A stretch of 60,783 nt of DNA, counting the filler. It is 5 parts of 5 records of this genome, joined end to end, with 100 filler letters (N's around TTAATTAATTAA, not from the genome) between each part and the next. Parts side by side here need not be neighbours in the genome. Positions count along the whole stretch, not along the records: positions 17,432 to 24,231 come from DRR378314_1919; positions 24,332 to 41,660 come from DRR378314_1926; 3 more parts are not named here. One strand, written 5' to 3'. How positions within the stretch are numbered: the stretch's first letter is position 1; each line of letters starts with the position of its first letter. Shown here piece after piece: positions 20,584-30,664 of this stretch. A program made the translations under genes and the position numbers. Under the pieces are notes generated by a model that saw only the letters and a program-made list of their open reading frames with translations, made no database searches and was not told where the DNA came from.

Positions 20584-23014
20584 GCCGCGTCGTCGGCGAG
20601 GAGCGGAGCGCAACGATGCGCTCGCGCGCGAACGAAAAAGGAAACGCGAGCAGCTGGCGGCAGCCAGCGTCAGCGTGCTGTCGGCCTCGCTGCCGCGCGG
20701 AGCAGGCGCAGGATAGTTCACCCTCTGCACTGCGCCCGCTCCCTTCGATAGCAAAACCCAAAAAAAAAACAAATCAGCTGGTTTTGTTACCCCGAATGCC
20801 GAAAGTAGGGCGATGCTCTCCACGAAAGGAAAGCTTTGTGTTTACCGGCAGGCTCTCGCGCAGAACGCCGCGCTGCCAACCCCGCGTGCCGCGCCAGTGC
20901 CACTGGGCACCTTCCTAACGGCACGCTTCGCTAGCGCGTAACCAGAGAGGCGGCCCAACTAGCACGCTCAAACGTGACGTCGCCCGCCAACGCCCTTCCG
21001 TTAATACTGGGAGAGCAGGGTCAGTAGCAAGAGGCTGCGAGTGTAGTATATAAGCGCACCAAGCGCAACCACCACGGAGTGCTCGGCACAAACGCAGATG
21101 CTCGCCGACAGCTCCAACCGAGTGCGGAAGACAACGGAACAGGAAACCCGCCCTCAGAGTGTCGGTTGCGATGGTGGGGCTACGCAGAAGCTTTCTCCTC
21201 CGCAGCCGCTCGAGCCTTCGCTCGGCTTGACCATCACGCTCGACATTCACCGCAATGGTGCCGCTGGACGTCTCTCCCAACGGCGTTGACTTTGCAAGTA
21301 CAGAGTTCATCGTACATTCGATGGGCGTAGATAGCACGGACAACGTCTTTACATTGCACCGGTGTGTCCTACGCAACGCCAGCTTCGGCGCTATACCCGC
21401 CCGCGTACAGGCGGCGGCAGTCGGAGAACGCTCCTGCGATCAGAAGAGCGCCCGAACCCAACTCCCCCACCATCACCAATTGCCGCACGATCGGTGCGCT
21501 GCGCAACCATTCATTCCATACACGCTCTTGAACCATCGTGCAAAACACGCTTAGGGTCGGCGGGCTACTCAGCCTATGCTTCCATGTGTTCCCGGTCCTT
21601 CCGAATGGTAAAGACGTTCTCGAGAGGACCTGCCAGTCAGCCTCCCTTCCGCCGTCCACATAAAATATCCCATCCGCAACTAATAATAAGGTAGAACAGA
21701 CATATCAATATACAGCACGGCCATCTTCCATCGATATCATTCCTTACATCAAAGTTGGAGTGCGTGCCATCAAAAGCCTTCTTAGCTATTGCTCGCGATT
21801 ATGGCACCACGAAGTCGGAGGAACGCCGTGCGCGCTCTCGTGCCACAGCGCGCACTGCGAGTGTGCGCGTTCGAGACACGCGAATTCGCCAGCAACGTGC
21901 ACGGGTGCAATGCTCACTGGCCCAAGGGTATACGCAGGATCCTCACGGGACAGAAGCGATCCGCCTGCCAACGCCATCGATAGCCAAACGCTCTCCGAGA
22001 TCCCCGGAACCAATCCCGTCCGCTCCATGAGCCGCAACATTACCGAGCGTGACCGCAGAGAGACACTTGCGCTCCCAACCTGCAGACATTCGAACCGACC
22101 ACGCACCAGAGAGAGGCGGAGAAGACATGCAAGACCGCGCAGATAAACAGGATACCAATTGTAACGCTAGGTAAAGCGCATAGATACAGGTGTAAAGGCA
22201 TCAGACGCGCGATAAACAGAACCAGTGCCAGAGGTCCAACCCAACGCTTTCATTGCAACGGGTTCGAGGCTGACGCCGCCGCGCGGCGACACCTAAAATA
22301 CCACCACAATAATATATTATATCCCTAAGTATATGCAAGCGAAAATATCAAAAAAAGAGGATACATATCGATATCCTCCGGCCCCGCGTTGCTCGTTTAC
22401 ACACATCCTCGGCGTGCAGCCAAAGAAGAGGCCGCACGGCGGAGGAACACGTATATCATCTTACCCGCTAACTGTAACCCACTGCTCTGCCACACGACTG
22501 CGCGAAAACGAAAAAAAAAAGACTTACAATATCACCAAACCTCAATCCTACAGCATCGGAGCGAAATCAACGACACGATACCATCATCCTGGCTCTATTC
22601 TAGCTGTCGCCAGAAACTTGTGCTTGTAAAACCAAGATTTCAGAGACCGCCGCGCACGAAATACGAACTTCTCGGGAAAACCAACCAGGTCGCGAAGGGC
22701 AAGGCTCGCCCTGGTGCGCGCGCTAACCCTCAGCTTGCTAGCAGTTCCGTGAGTGCCCAGGCCGTACACTCCAGCAACAGCAATGCTTACGGATCACAAC
22801 AGTGACGCCGCGTTCGCAAGCAAGCGCTCAGCAGCTGATCGCACCCATTTGCAGTATGCCGCGCTTTCGCGTCGGCAAACTTGGTTGATGCCTCGGCGTG
22901 TGGCAACCTTTCTCCCCGCAAGCAAGCCTTGAACACACTACGAGAGACACACAACCCAGTATTTCATATCAACACAAGCGCCTCTGTATCAATCGCTTCT
23001 TTCAAGCACAATGG

Positions 23015-24231
23015 TTACTGACGACACTCTGTCGCTGCACTGTGTAGTAGCTCACTCCTTGTGCCGCGCACGATAAAGGAGCAGCAACGAGTGTAGAAGT
23101 GGCAGCGCAAACCGACCTGCACATACGAGGGCGCGCTTGTCGAGTGGCCATAGCCGGGCGGGTGAAACGGCGCCGCGATATAGTCGTACGCAAGCACAGA
23201 CGCCATGCGCTCCGGCGCCTTGAAAATCGCGTGTGTCGCACACGTATGCGTGAACAAGTCAAAAAACAAGACTTTTTCCGCGGCAATCGACCGCCAGAGG
23301 CTAAACGACGAACGGATGCGCTCGTCGTCGCTCCACGACGGATGCGATGGCGCGGCGGCGAGAATCTCGTCCCCGCGCATAGCCTGCACGCGATCGCCCG
23401 AGACACCGTCGCTCTCGTGTGCCAACTTCAGCATTGTATCCACATGATCACACGATGCCCCAGTGCACAGAATGAGAAACGGCCAATCGTTGGGAAGTGC
23501 GCGGTACATCTGCACAAGCGCACGATGAGCGGCGCGAGTAACGGCTTTCGCAGCATTCGCACCAGCTCGCTCCGCCACGGCGCTAGCAGAAGCCTCACTC
23601 ACAATCATGATCGCGAGCTTGAGCGGATGCGAGGGATAGAAGAACTCGACCGTCGGAGGTGCCCGACCGGGGACCAGCTCATCCGTTTGTGTATATTCAA
23701 GCTGCATGTACGGAGACACGTAAACGACAATATTCACACACAGTAGAGGCGGATGAGCATCACTACAGCCTGCCAGAAACGAGTGGCGCCAGAATGCGGG
23801 AAGCAACAATCGCCTGCGACAATCTCGCCGCCAAAAAAAAAAAATCTTACAATTGTGCACGCCTTAACAACGACACAGCTATCATTGTAAACATCAAAAA
23901 AGAGTGACATTCAATCGTAGAACAAAAATACAACGAGCAGCGCCACGGTCGTGCCGCCCCTACGTATTCCTCGGTACATGGCCCCCCGCCGTACATGGAG
24001 AATGCGCTTGTCGTCAGGTTCCGCCAGCACCGCCTCCGGACAATACTCGTAGAACGCCGCGAGTTCTTGCTTTCGCATGTACTTGTAGACGCCGTGTGCA
24101 CCTAAGCATCCCGGAGTAAAATATTTTTCACACGCGAAATCTCCAGCAACAAGAGCAGGCGCAACGCGGTACCTGCAAGACGTCGGCAGCACGGCAGCGA
24201 GACACAGCAGCAGCAGCAGCAGCAGCAGCAG
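23015..24231 (-). CDS. Eukaryotic DUF5672-like (glycosyltransferase-like) secreted or anchored protein; exons 24231..23995 and 23701..23117 (or read-through to the stop at 23015); 5'-partial
   Basis: Poly-Leu N-terminus; intron GTACGG...ATGCAG joins the exons in phase 0; LWRSIAAEKVLFFD...C...YDYIAAPF resembles the DUF5672 core. Confidence 0.6.
24205..24231. repeat. (CAG)9 microsatellite at contig end
   Basis: Nine perfect CAG units; reads CTG (Leu) in frame on the minus strand. Confidence 0.95.
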
Positions 24232-24331
24232 NNNNNNNNNNNNNNNNNNNNNNNNNNNNNNNNNNNNNNNNNNNNTTAATTAATTAANNNNNNNNNNNNN
24301 NNNNNNNNNNNNNNNNNNNNNNNNNNNNNNN
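24232..24331. other. Artificial contig spacer
   Basis: N run with TTAATTAATTAA. Confidence 0.99.
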
Positions 24332-25059
24332 TCACCCGCTTTTACATCGTCTTTTTCACCAGGGTGCAATGGAAACGCCAGCGGCCAGTCGGCGTTGTGC
24401 TTCACTGCTTCCATAAATTCGTCGGTAATCAACAGGCTAAGGTTAAACTGGCGCAGACGACCGGCTTCTCGCTTAGCTTGGATAAACTCACGAACATCAG
24501 GGTGGCCAACATCGAAGGTGCCCATCTGAGCACCTCGACGACCACCTGCGGATGCCACGGTGAAACACATCTTGTCGTAGATATCCATAAACGCCAGCGG
24601 CCCGTTGGTGCCAGCCCCCGCGCCAAACACAAACGCTCCCTTATGGCGCAGCGTCGAAAAGTCGTAGCCAATACCGGCGCCAGACTTCAACGTCATGCCA
24701 GCATCAACGACGGAGTCGAGAATATCGCGCATAGAGTCGCGAATAGTGCGCGAAACCGTGCAGTTAATCAGGCTGACCGCAGGTTTGTAGGCTTCAGCGC
24801 CCGCATTGGAAAGGATTCGTCCGGCAGGAATAGCGCCGTTTTCTAACGCCCAGCGGAATTTTGGCAGCCACTCGTTAGCATTGTCACCTTCAACCGCCGC
24901 TAACGCTCGCGCGACACGCTCAAAGGTAGCACCCACATCCTGATCAACAGGCTGGCTATGGCGATCTTTTAACCGATATTTAGCATCCCAGATATCTTTT
25001 GAGGGAACCTGTAGTGGGACGTCATTCGAAGTCTTCATAGCCTTTGCTGCGGTGCTCAT
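24332..25059 (-). CDS. nrdJ: Adenosylcobalamin-dependent (class II) ribonucleotide reductase, N-terminal part
   Basis: IWDAKYRLK, PAGRILSNAG, SLINCTVS, GIGYDFSTLR, GGRRGAQM; no ATP cone; GAAGGAG RBS. Confidence 0.9.
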
Positions 25060-25148
25060 GTCGCGAAACTCCTTCACAACGGGGTGAAATTAGCGCTCAA
25101 AACGGTGCGATTATACGTTCTGCGACTATGAAGTATAGACTTGACTTT

Positions 25149-25195
25149 ACACTATATGCGGCATTTTTCTTGTTAAAGACTACTACATATAGAAA
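25149..25195. promoter_or_regulatory. Tandem NrdR boxes
   Basis: ACACTATATGCGGCAT (25149-25164) and CTACTACATATAGAAA (25180-25195), 31 bp apart, upstream of nrdJ. Confidence 0.75.
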
Positions 25196-25267
25196 AATCA
25201 GCGCGTTACCTTTTGCTTATCTTCAACAAACGATAGGCTAATGTTTTTCTTGTGCGATGCCACCCCT

Positions 25268-25825
25268 ATGCCTACTTTAAAGCCTTTTGCGTTAGCGGCC
25301 TTCAGCGCCCTACTTTCCAGCACTGCGCTGCCTAGCATGGCAGCAACGTTCAATATTGATGCCGAACAGCCCCACGATCATTGGCAGTCAATGGCGTTAA
25401 CGTTAGGCAGTGAGCGGCACTTTCGCGCCGTGGAAACTCATAGCTATTCGGATGCCACCTTGAGTTTGAACGCAACCCAAGGTGTTTGCGACTTACCATG
25501 GCTGGAAATGCGGGTCACGCTGGCTGAACAGCAAGGCGAAAGTCGCGCGGTTAACTTAGTGCCTACCAGGATCCGGGTGGATGATACGCCTATCATTGAT
25601 ACCATGGCCGAGTTTATTACCGAGCGTGGCGATGATGGGTTTTATGCGCATTTCTACCTAAGCGACCTGCAAACATTAATGGCGCAAATGAGCCAGGGAG
25701 AGCAGCTGTTTATTGGTTTCGATCAACAGGATAGCGACCCTTGGTATATGACCTTTAGTCTTGACGGTGCTGATGATGCCATAGCGAGAATACAGCGCTT
25801 ATGCGACCGCGCCGACGACCAATGA
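25268..25825 (+). CDS. Hypothetical secreted protein (IalB-like C-terminus)
   Basis: Signal peptide ending in SMA-A; C-terminal FSLDGADDAIARIQRLC. Confidence 0.6.
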   Translation: MPTLKPFALAAFSALLSSTALPSMAATFNIDAEQPHDHWQSMALTLGSERHFRAVETHSYSDATLSLNATQGVCDLPWLEMRVTLAEQQGESRAVNLVPTRIRVDDTPIIDTMAEFITERGDDGFYAHFYLSDLQTLMAQMSQGEQLFIGFDQQDSDPWYMTFSLDGADDAIARIQRLCDRADDQ

Positions 25826-25834
25826 TAGCGCGTG

Positions 25835-27874
25835 TCACTGCACGCTTTTGTCAGCGATTTCAACGCGGTTACGCCCATTGTGCTTAGCTCGGTACATCGC
25901 AGCATCGGCCCGGGCGATAATGGTTTTGCAGCTATCATCGGGCTGCCATACTGCGACACCGATGCTGACCGTTATCGCTTGGCCCAAGCCCTTCACCTGC
26001 AGTGTTGCCACTAGCCCACGTAATCGTTCAGCAAGCCCTTCGGCGGCTTCCATACTGGAGTGGGTCGCCAATACCACAAACTCTTCCCCTCCCCAGCGCC
26101 CCAAATGATCACAGCCCCGCAGTGAGCTTTCCACCATGCGTGCTAGCGAAATCAGCACATCATCGCCCACGCTATGGCCGAGGGTGTCATTGATCTGTTT
26201 AAAATGGTCGACGTCAAATAACAACAGCGCGAAAGCCGCCCCATAGCGTTTTGCTGCTACCAGCTCTGCATCAATAGCCTGCTCGATGCGGTAGCGGTTC
26301 CACACCTGAGTGAGCGGGTCAAAATGTGCCAACTGCTCTAACCGCTGATTCGCTTCTGCCAGCGCTTTACGCTCGCGCTCCAGATGCATATTGAGCGTGC
26401 TGATCTCATAAGCAGAAATGGCCAGCGTTAAATCTTCTCCTAAATCTATCGCGGCTAGCCGCTCAACCCGTTGCCAGGCTTCGCTTTTTCCTGTGACCTC
26501 CTCGCACCACGCGTCAGAAGGCGACATCATCATCGGCGGCTGGGATGCAGAAGAGGGTTGCATCGCCCAGTAGAGCGTCTCCACTTGCTCAGGACGAAAA
26601 AACATCAGCCAGCCGCGCTGAGCAGGATCGGTAGGCAGCGGCACGGCGAGTACTCCACTCTGCTCTAGCATGTCTAAAGAGCATGTTAGCGGCTCCTTGG
26701 CTGTCTCTTGGGTACACCATGGGCCACTATGGATATGGGATTTTTCAATCCGCGTGACCAACTGGCCGATCGCTTCCGGCTTGGGCGTATTGCCTGATTG
26801 ATAGATACTGCCTTTCACCCATAACGCAACGCCATTGGCACGAAAGAGCGACTTCCATGTCTCGGCATGCTCGGTAAACAGCTGATAAGGCCCCTGAGGC
26901 TTTAAGCGATTATTACTTGAAAGCACCAGGCTATCTTGTACGCGCTGCAAATAGCGCGCTTCTTGGCGAGCTCTCAGCAGTAACAGCCGCTGCGTAGCCA
27001 TTTGCACCAAGGTGCGTACCGCATCTCGTACGGGCGGCGCTACGGGGTAAGGCGCTGCCGAGTGGCAGAATAGCAGCCCCCAAAGGCCGGTATCTCCCTG
27101 CATGGCCACGCTTAATGCGCCGCGCACGCCAAGTCGCTGTAAGTACTGTTGACGCTCAGGGGCCGGGGCACGCAAGAAGCTGTCACTTACATCTACCACC
27201 ACACTCGCTGGCAGTAAGTGCTCATAGGGTGCTGCGACATCTTGGATCAGCCGCACCGGATGGCGCTCATAGGCGCGCCGTAGTGCAATGGGGAAGTCCT
27301 TGGCGGGAAAGCGTTGCCCTAACAAGGCAGGCAAACGAACCGCCGCTAATTCGACACTCGACTGAGCGCGCCCTTTAGCTAACGACTCGGCTACGATCAA
27401 ACCATGCCAATCACTATCGAAATGGCATACAGACACCCGGTCATGCCCGGTTAATTCTTGTACCGACATCACTAGGTAATCAAGTAGCTCTTCTTGATGG
27501 GTCGCTTCCGCTAAGCGCATCAGGCGTTCGTTCACCGTGCCAAGCAGACGCTGCTTACCGAGGGAATGAAGGGGTTCTATCTCAACTAACACATGCGCAC
27601 CGGCACGGTAAGCATGTAACTGGAAACGGTTTGATCGAGCGGGACACTTAAAGGTGAGAGGCCCCGGCAAACGCTGCTGACCTTGTAGCTCATAGCGTAC
27701 GCGCTGGCTTAAGCGCTTGCCTAGAACGCTGGAGAGCGTTGCGAGACGCCCTTCAGGAAGGCTTACTCTCAGCAATTCAACAAAGTTGCTACTAAATGCC
27801 TGTATGCGCCGACAGTCTGCATCGAGCACCAGTAATGCACCGAACGACTGTAGTAGCGAGTGATGCTTCGACAC
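25835..27874 (-). CDS. PAS-GAF-PHY-GGDEF diguanylate cyclase (degenerate phytochrome, PadC-like)
   Basis: LQSFG, GHDRV, RFPAKDFP, LWGLLFCH, FRPE..W; coiled coil, DPLT, RGCD I-site and GGEEF. Confidence 0.9.
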   Translation of the reverse strand: MSKHHSLLQSFGALLVLDADCRRIQAFSSNFVELLRVSLPEGRLATLSSVLGKRLSQRVRYELQGQQRLPGPLTFKCPARSNRFQLHAYRAGAHVLVEIEPLHSLGKQRLLGTVNERLMRLAEATHQEELLDYLVMSVQELTGHDRVSVCHFDSDWHGLIVAESLAKGRAQSSVELAAVRLPALLGQRFPAKDFPIALRRAYERHPVRLIQDVAAPYEHLLPASVVVDVSDSFLRAPAPERQQYLQRLGVRGALSVAMQGDTGLWGLLFCHSAAPYPVAPPVRDAVRTLVQMATQRLLLLRARQEARYLQRVQDSLVLSSNNRLKPQGPYQLFTEHAETWKSLFRANGVALWVKGSIYQSGNTPKPEAIGQLVTRIEKSHIHSGPWCTQETAKEPLTCSLDMLEQSGVLAVPLPTDPAQRGWLMFFRPEQVETLYWAMQPSSASQPPMMMSPSDAWCEEVTGKSEAWQRVERLAAIDLGEDLTLAISAYEISTLNMHLERERKALAEANQRLEQLAHFDPLTQVWNRYRIEQAIDAELVAAKRYGAAFALLLFDVDHFKQINDTLGHSVGDDVLISLARMVESSLRGCDHLGRWGGEEFVVLATHSSMEAAEGLAERLRGLVATLQVKGLGQAITVSIGVAVWQPDDSCKTIIARADAAMYRAKHNGRNRVEIADKSVQ

Positions 27875-27897
27875 AGAGATGGCCTCAAGAAATCTCT

Positions 27898-28569
27898 TTA
27901 CCCCTCAGTCTGCTGCCTTAGCAACAGTTCAACGCGCCGGTTGGCGGATCTACCTTCCGGTGTTGCGTTACTTTCCATGGGTTGGGTATCGGCGTAACCG
28001 ACTGCCCGCATACGTGAAATAGCAACTCCCTGGCGCTCAAGATGCCGGACCACCGCAATGGCTCGCCCTACCGAGAGATCCCAATTTGAGGGGAAGCGAG
28101 AGGTAGCAATGGGAACATTATCCGTATGCCCTTCTACTGAAATTTGACCCTCAAAGGATGCTAACACTGCCAGAAGGCTTTCTAACACATCTTGCCCCTG
28201 GGGCGTTAGTACGGCATCACCGCTAGGGAAAAGCAAGCTGTCGTCGATGCGCAGCGTAACACCTTCTTCGCCTTGAGAGACACTAACCCCAGGGATATTA
28301 AGCTCAGTCATTCGCGGCTTGAGCCCGCTGTGCCGGGGATGGATACCGGTTGCTAAGCTGGCCAACGGAAGCGAGGTGATAGCACTTACAGAATGCACTC
28401 TATCGCGGTCAAAGGCTTCCCCTCCCCCCGGCGGCGTCAACGCAAGCAGTAAGACAAACAGCGTGATTAACAGCGTTAATACGTCTAAATAGCTCGTTAG
28501 CCACCCTTCATCGCCCTCCCCAGGTACAGTGGGCAATTCCAACGCGTGCCGTGAATCACGATCTAGCAT
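27898..28569 (-). CDS. motB: Flagellar stator B subunit (MotB/PomB/MotS-like)
   Basis: WLTSYLDVLTLLITLFVLL TM segment with conserved Asp; OmpA domain GHTDN...NWDLS..RA...NRRVE. Confidence 0.88.
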   Translation of the reverse strand: MLDRDSRHALELPTVPGEGDEGWLTSYLDVLTLLITLFVLLLALTPPGGGEAFDRDRVHSVSAITSLPLASLATGIHPRHSGLKPRMTELNIPGVSVSQGEEGVTLRIDDSLLFPSGDAVLTPQGQDVLESLLAVLASFEGQISVEGHTDNVPIATSRFPSNWDLSVGRAIAVVRHLERQGVAISRMRAVGYADTQPMESNATPEGRSANRRVELLLRQQTEG

Positions 28570-28573
28570 GGCG

Positions 28574-29392
28574 CTACCCTTTTGCCGCAGAACTAACCGT
28601 TGGCCGCGGTTTTACAGCGGCATCGCGGATCTCGTCATGATAGTTAGCAACGAAGGAATTGAGCGTTTCTTCAATAAAAGAAGGCAGCCGCCGTTTGGTA
28701 ATTAACGAAATGCCTTCCAGCACCATGTTCATGGTGATAAGGCGCTCTTCCGTGCGCCGCTCTAGCTTGACGGCAATCGGTTTGAACACCAAGTTGGCGA
28801 GCAGAATACCGTAGAACGTTGTCAGCAGAGCCACCGCCATGCGCGGGCCAATAACGTCAAGATCGCCTGCATCCATCACTTCCAGCATATTGACCAAGCC
28901 CACCAAAGTACCGATCATGCCAAACGCGGGCGCGTAGGTGGCCATGGTACGAAATATCTGCGCCTCAGCATGCTCCCGTGCTTTTAATCGTGCGATGCGC
29001 CAGCGCAGCATATCGAAAATTTCGTCCTCTTTCGTGTTAGCAATCACCAGTTGAATCCCGGTGCGCAAAAAGGGGTTACGAGTGTGCTCTAGCTCCTTCT
29101 CAACCGCCCTGACATCGCCTTTAAACCACAAGCGCGCCATGGAAACCAGTTCGTTGATATCATCACGCACATAGGTATTTTCACGCCGAAACACCAATCC
29201 CACCAGGCGCACCACGCGTAGCACTTCTTTCAGCGGATAACTAATAAAGGTAGCCGCCAAGGTGCCCGTTACCACAATGGCTAGCCCCGGCAAGTTAATA
29301 AAGCTTTCTGGCGACTCTGCAGTAAAAAACAGCACGCTTACCAGCAACAGCATGCTGGCAAAAATACCGATCAGCGTAGATGGGTTCATCAA
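28574..29392 (-). CDS. motA: Flagellar stator A subunit (PomA/MotP-like)
   Basis: APAFGMIGTLVGLVNML and MAVALLTTFYG. Confidence 0.88.
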   Translation of the reverse strand: MMNPSTLIGIFASMLLLVSVLFFTAESPESFINLPGLAIVVTGTLAATFISYPLKEVLRVVRLVGLVFRRENTYVRDDINELVSMARLWFKGDVRAVEKELEHTRNPFLRTGIQLVIANTKEDEIFDMLRWRIARLKAREHAEAQIFRTMATYAPAFGMIGTLVGLVNMLEVMDAGDLDVIGPRMAVALLTTFYGILLANLVFKPIAVKLERRTEERLITMNMVLEGISLITKRRLPSFIEETLNSFVANYHDEIRDAAVKPRPTVSSAAKG

Positions 29393-29428
29393 CGGCTCCT
29401 CGCCGGTTAGTCGTGATTAATAGTGGCG

Positions 29429-30130
29429 TTAGGTGGTGTCATATAAGCGAGCGCGAAGCCTGCTAATCGCTTGGCTGTGAAGCTGGGAGACTCGGGATTC
29501 GGTCACACCCAGCACCGCCCCGACTTCTTTAAGGTTCAGCTCTTCTTGGTAATACAACGCCATCAGTAGCTTTTCACGCTCAGGTAAGGCGTCAATCGCG
29601 TCAATTAACGACTGGCGTTGCTGTTTATCTAACAACTGATCGAAGGGCAGGTTAGTGGCTTCCTCCCTTGCGGACTCGGCCCCTTCGGCCACCAGTTCTT
29701 CGAAGGGCAGCAACTGGCCACTGTTCGTATCATTGAGCAATTGCTGATACTCACTAAGCGGCATATCCAGGTCACGCGCGATCTCACCCTCTTCCGGCGG
29801 GCGCCCTAACTGCTGTTCAAGGCGACGCACCGCATCATCCACGGCTCTGGCAGAGCGGCGTACACTACGCGGCAACCAGTCACGTGTGCGCAGCTCATCC
29901 ATCATGGCACCGCGAATACGCTGACTTGCAAACGTGGCGAACGTTGCTCCCTGGGTCGCATCAAAACGCCCTAGCGCTTCTAATAAACCCACCATGCCAG
30001 CTTGAATAAGATCATCCAACTCAATACTTGCGGGTAGTCTTACCTGCAGCGTTAAGGCCTGACGTCTTACCAGTGGCATGTATTGGGTTAACAGCTCGCT
30101 CTGTTTAATCCTGCCTTGTGCTGTATACAT
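29429..30130 (-). CDS. fliA: RNA polymerase sigma-28 factor
   Basis: DDLIQAG, RIRGAMMDELR..DW.PRS, VTESRVSQLHSQA. Confidence 0.97.
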   Translation of the reverse strand: MYTAQGRIKQSELLTQYMPLVRRQALTLQVRLPASIELDDLIQAGMVGLLEALGRFDATQGATFATFASQRIRGAMMDELRTRDWLPRSVRRSARAVDDAVRRLEQQLGRPPEEGEIARDLDMPLSEYQQLLNDTNSGQLLPFEELVAEGAESAREEATNLPFDQLLDKQQRQSLIDAIDALPEREKLLMALYYQEELNLKEVGAVLGVTESRVSQLHSQAISRLRARLYDTT

Positions 30131-30156
30131 CCTCGTGCCTCACGGCTGAACTCTGT

Positions 30157-30597
30157 TCACTGGTAATTCACAATCACTTGCAGTTCCTGCACCCGTACTG
30201 GGCGCTGGCCCGGCGTCAACGCAAAACGAAAGTGCAGCGGCCCACTGACCTGTTTTCCGGCTAACGCAGTGGTTGAACCGCGCATAGCAGTTAAAGGAAC
30301 ACACTGCTCAGGGTGGCATAGCCACGCATTAACCGGCGCATTAACCGGCATTTGAAAACGCCAATGAATACGCTCTATCGCAGCATGCTCTACCTGCGCC
30401 CCTGCTGGCGGCTGAATGGGCTGACTGCTGACAGCTCGGTCACTCATCGCGACCAGTACGCTGGGCACCTCACTACTCCAACTGCCCGTCGCGGCATAAG
30501 CACTCATGGTGATGACGCTTAGCGCCACCATCAACACGCTTTTGAGCAGCCTGTCAGCTTTGCAGGTATCGACCTTGAAGTCAGCGAGCATCGACAT
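30157..30597 (-). CDS. flhE: Flagellar protein FlhE
   Basis: Exported; LC...CVPL...G.T.ALAG and C-terminal QVIVNYQ; start uncertain. Confidence 0.85.
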   Translation of the reverse strand: MSMLADFKVDTCKADRLLKSVLMVALSVITMSAYAATGSWSSEVPSVLVAMSDRAVSSQPIQPPAGAQVEHAAIERIHWRFQMPVNAPVNAWLCHPEQCVPLTAMRGSTTALAGKQVSGPLHFRFALTPGQRPVRVQELQVIVNYQ

Positions 30598-30664
30598 TGT
30601 TATTCCTTATCGGGGCGCTTGATAGCCGCTGTTAAAGCACGGCTACATAGCGTCAGGCTAGCTG

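Noticed and set aside
20830-23000. Possible further exons or a mobile element
   Set aside because: Could not build an in-phase spliced product or find transposase/RT motifs or terminal repeats by eye
30607-30634. Sigma-28-like promoter (TAAC-N16-CCCGATAA) before flhE
   Set aside because: Mismatches in both boxes, spacing off by one, and the -10 box overlaps the probable RBS
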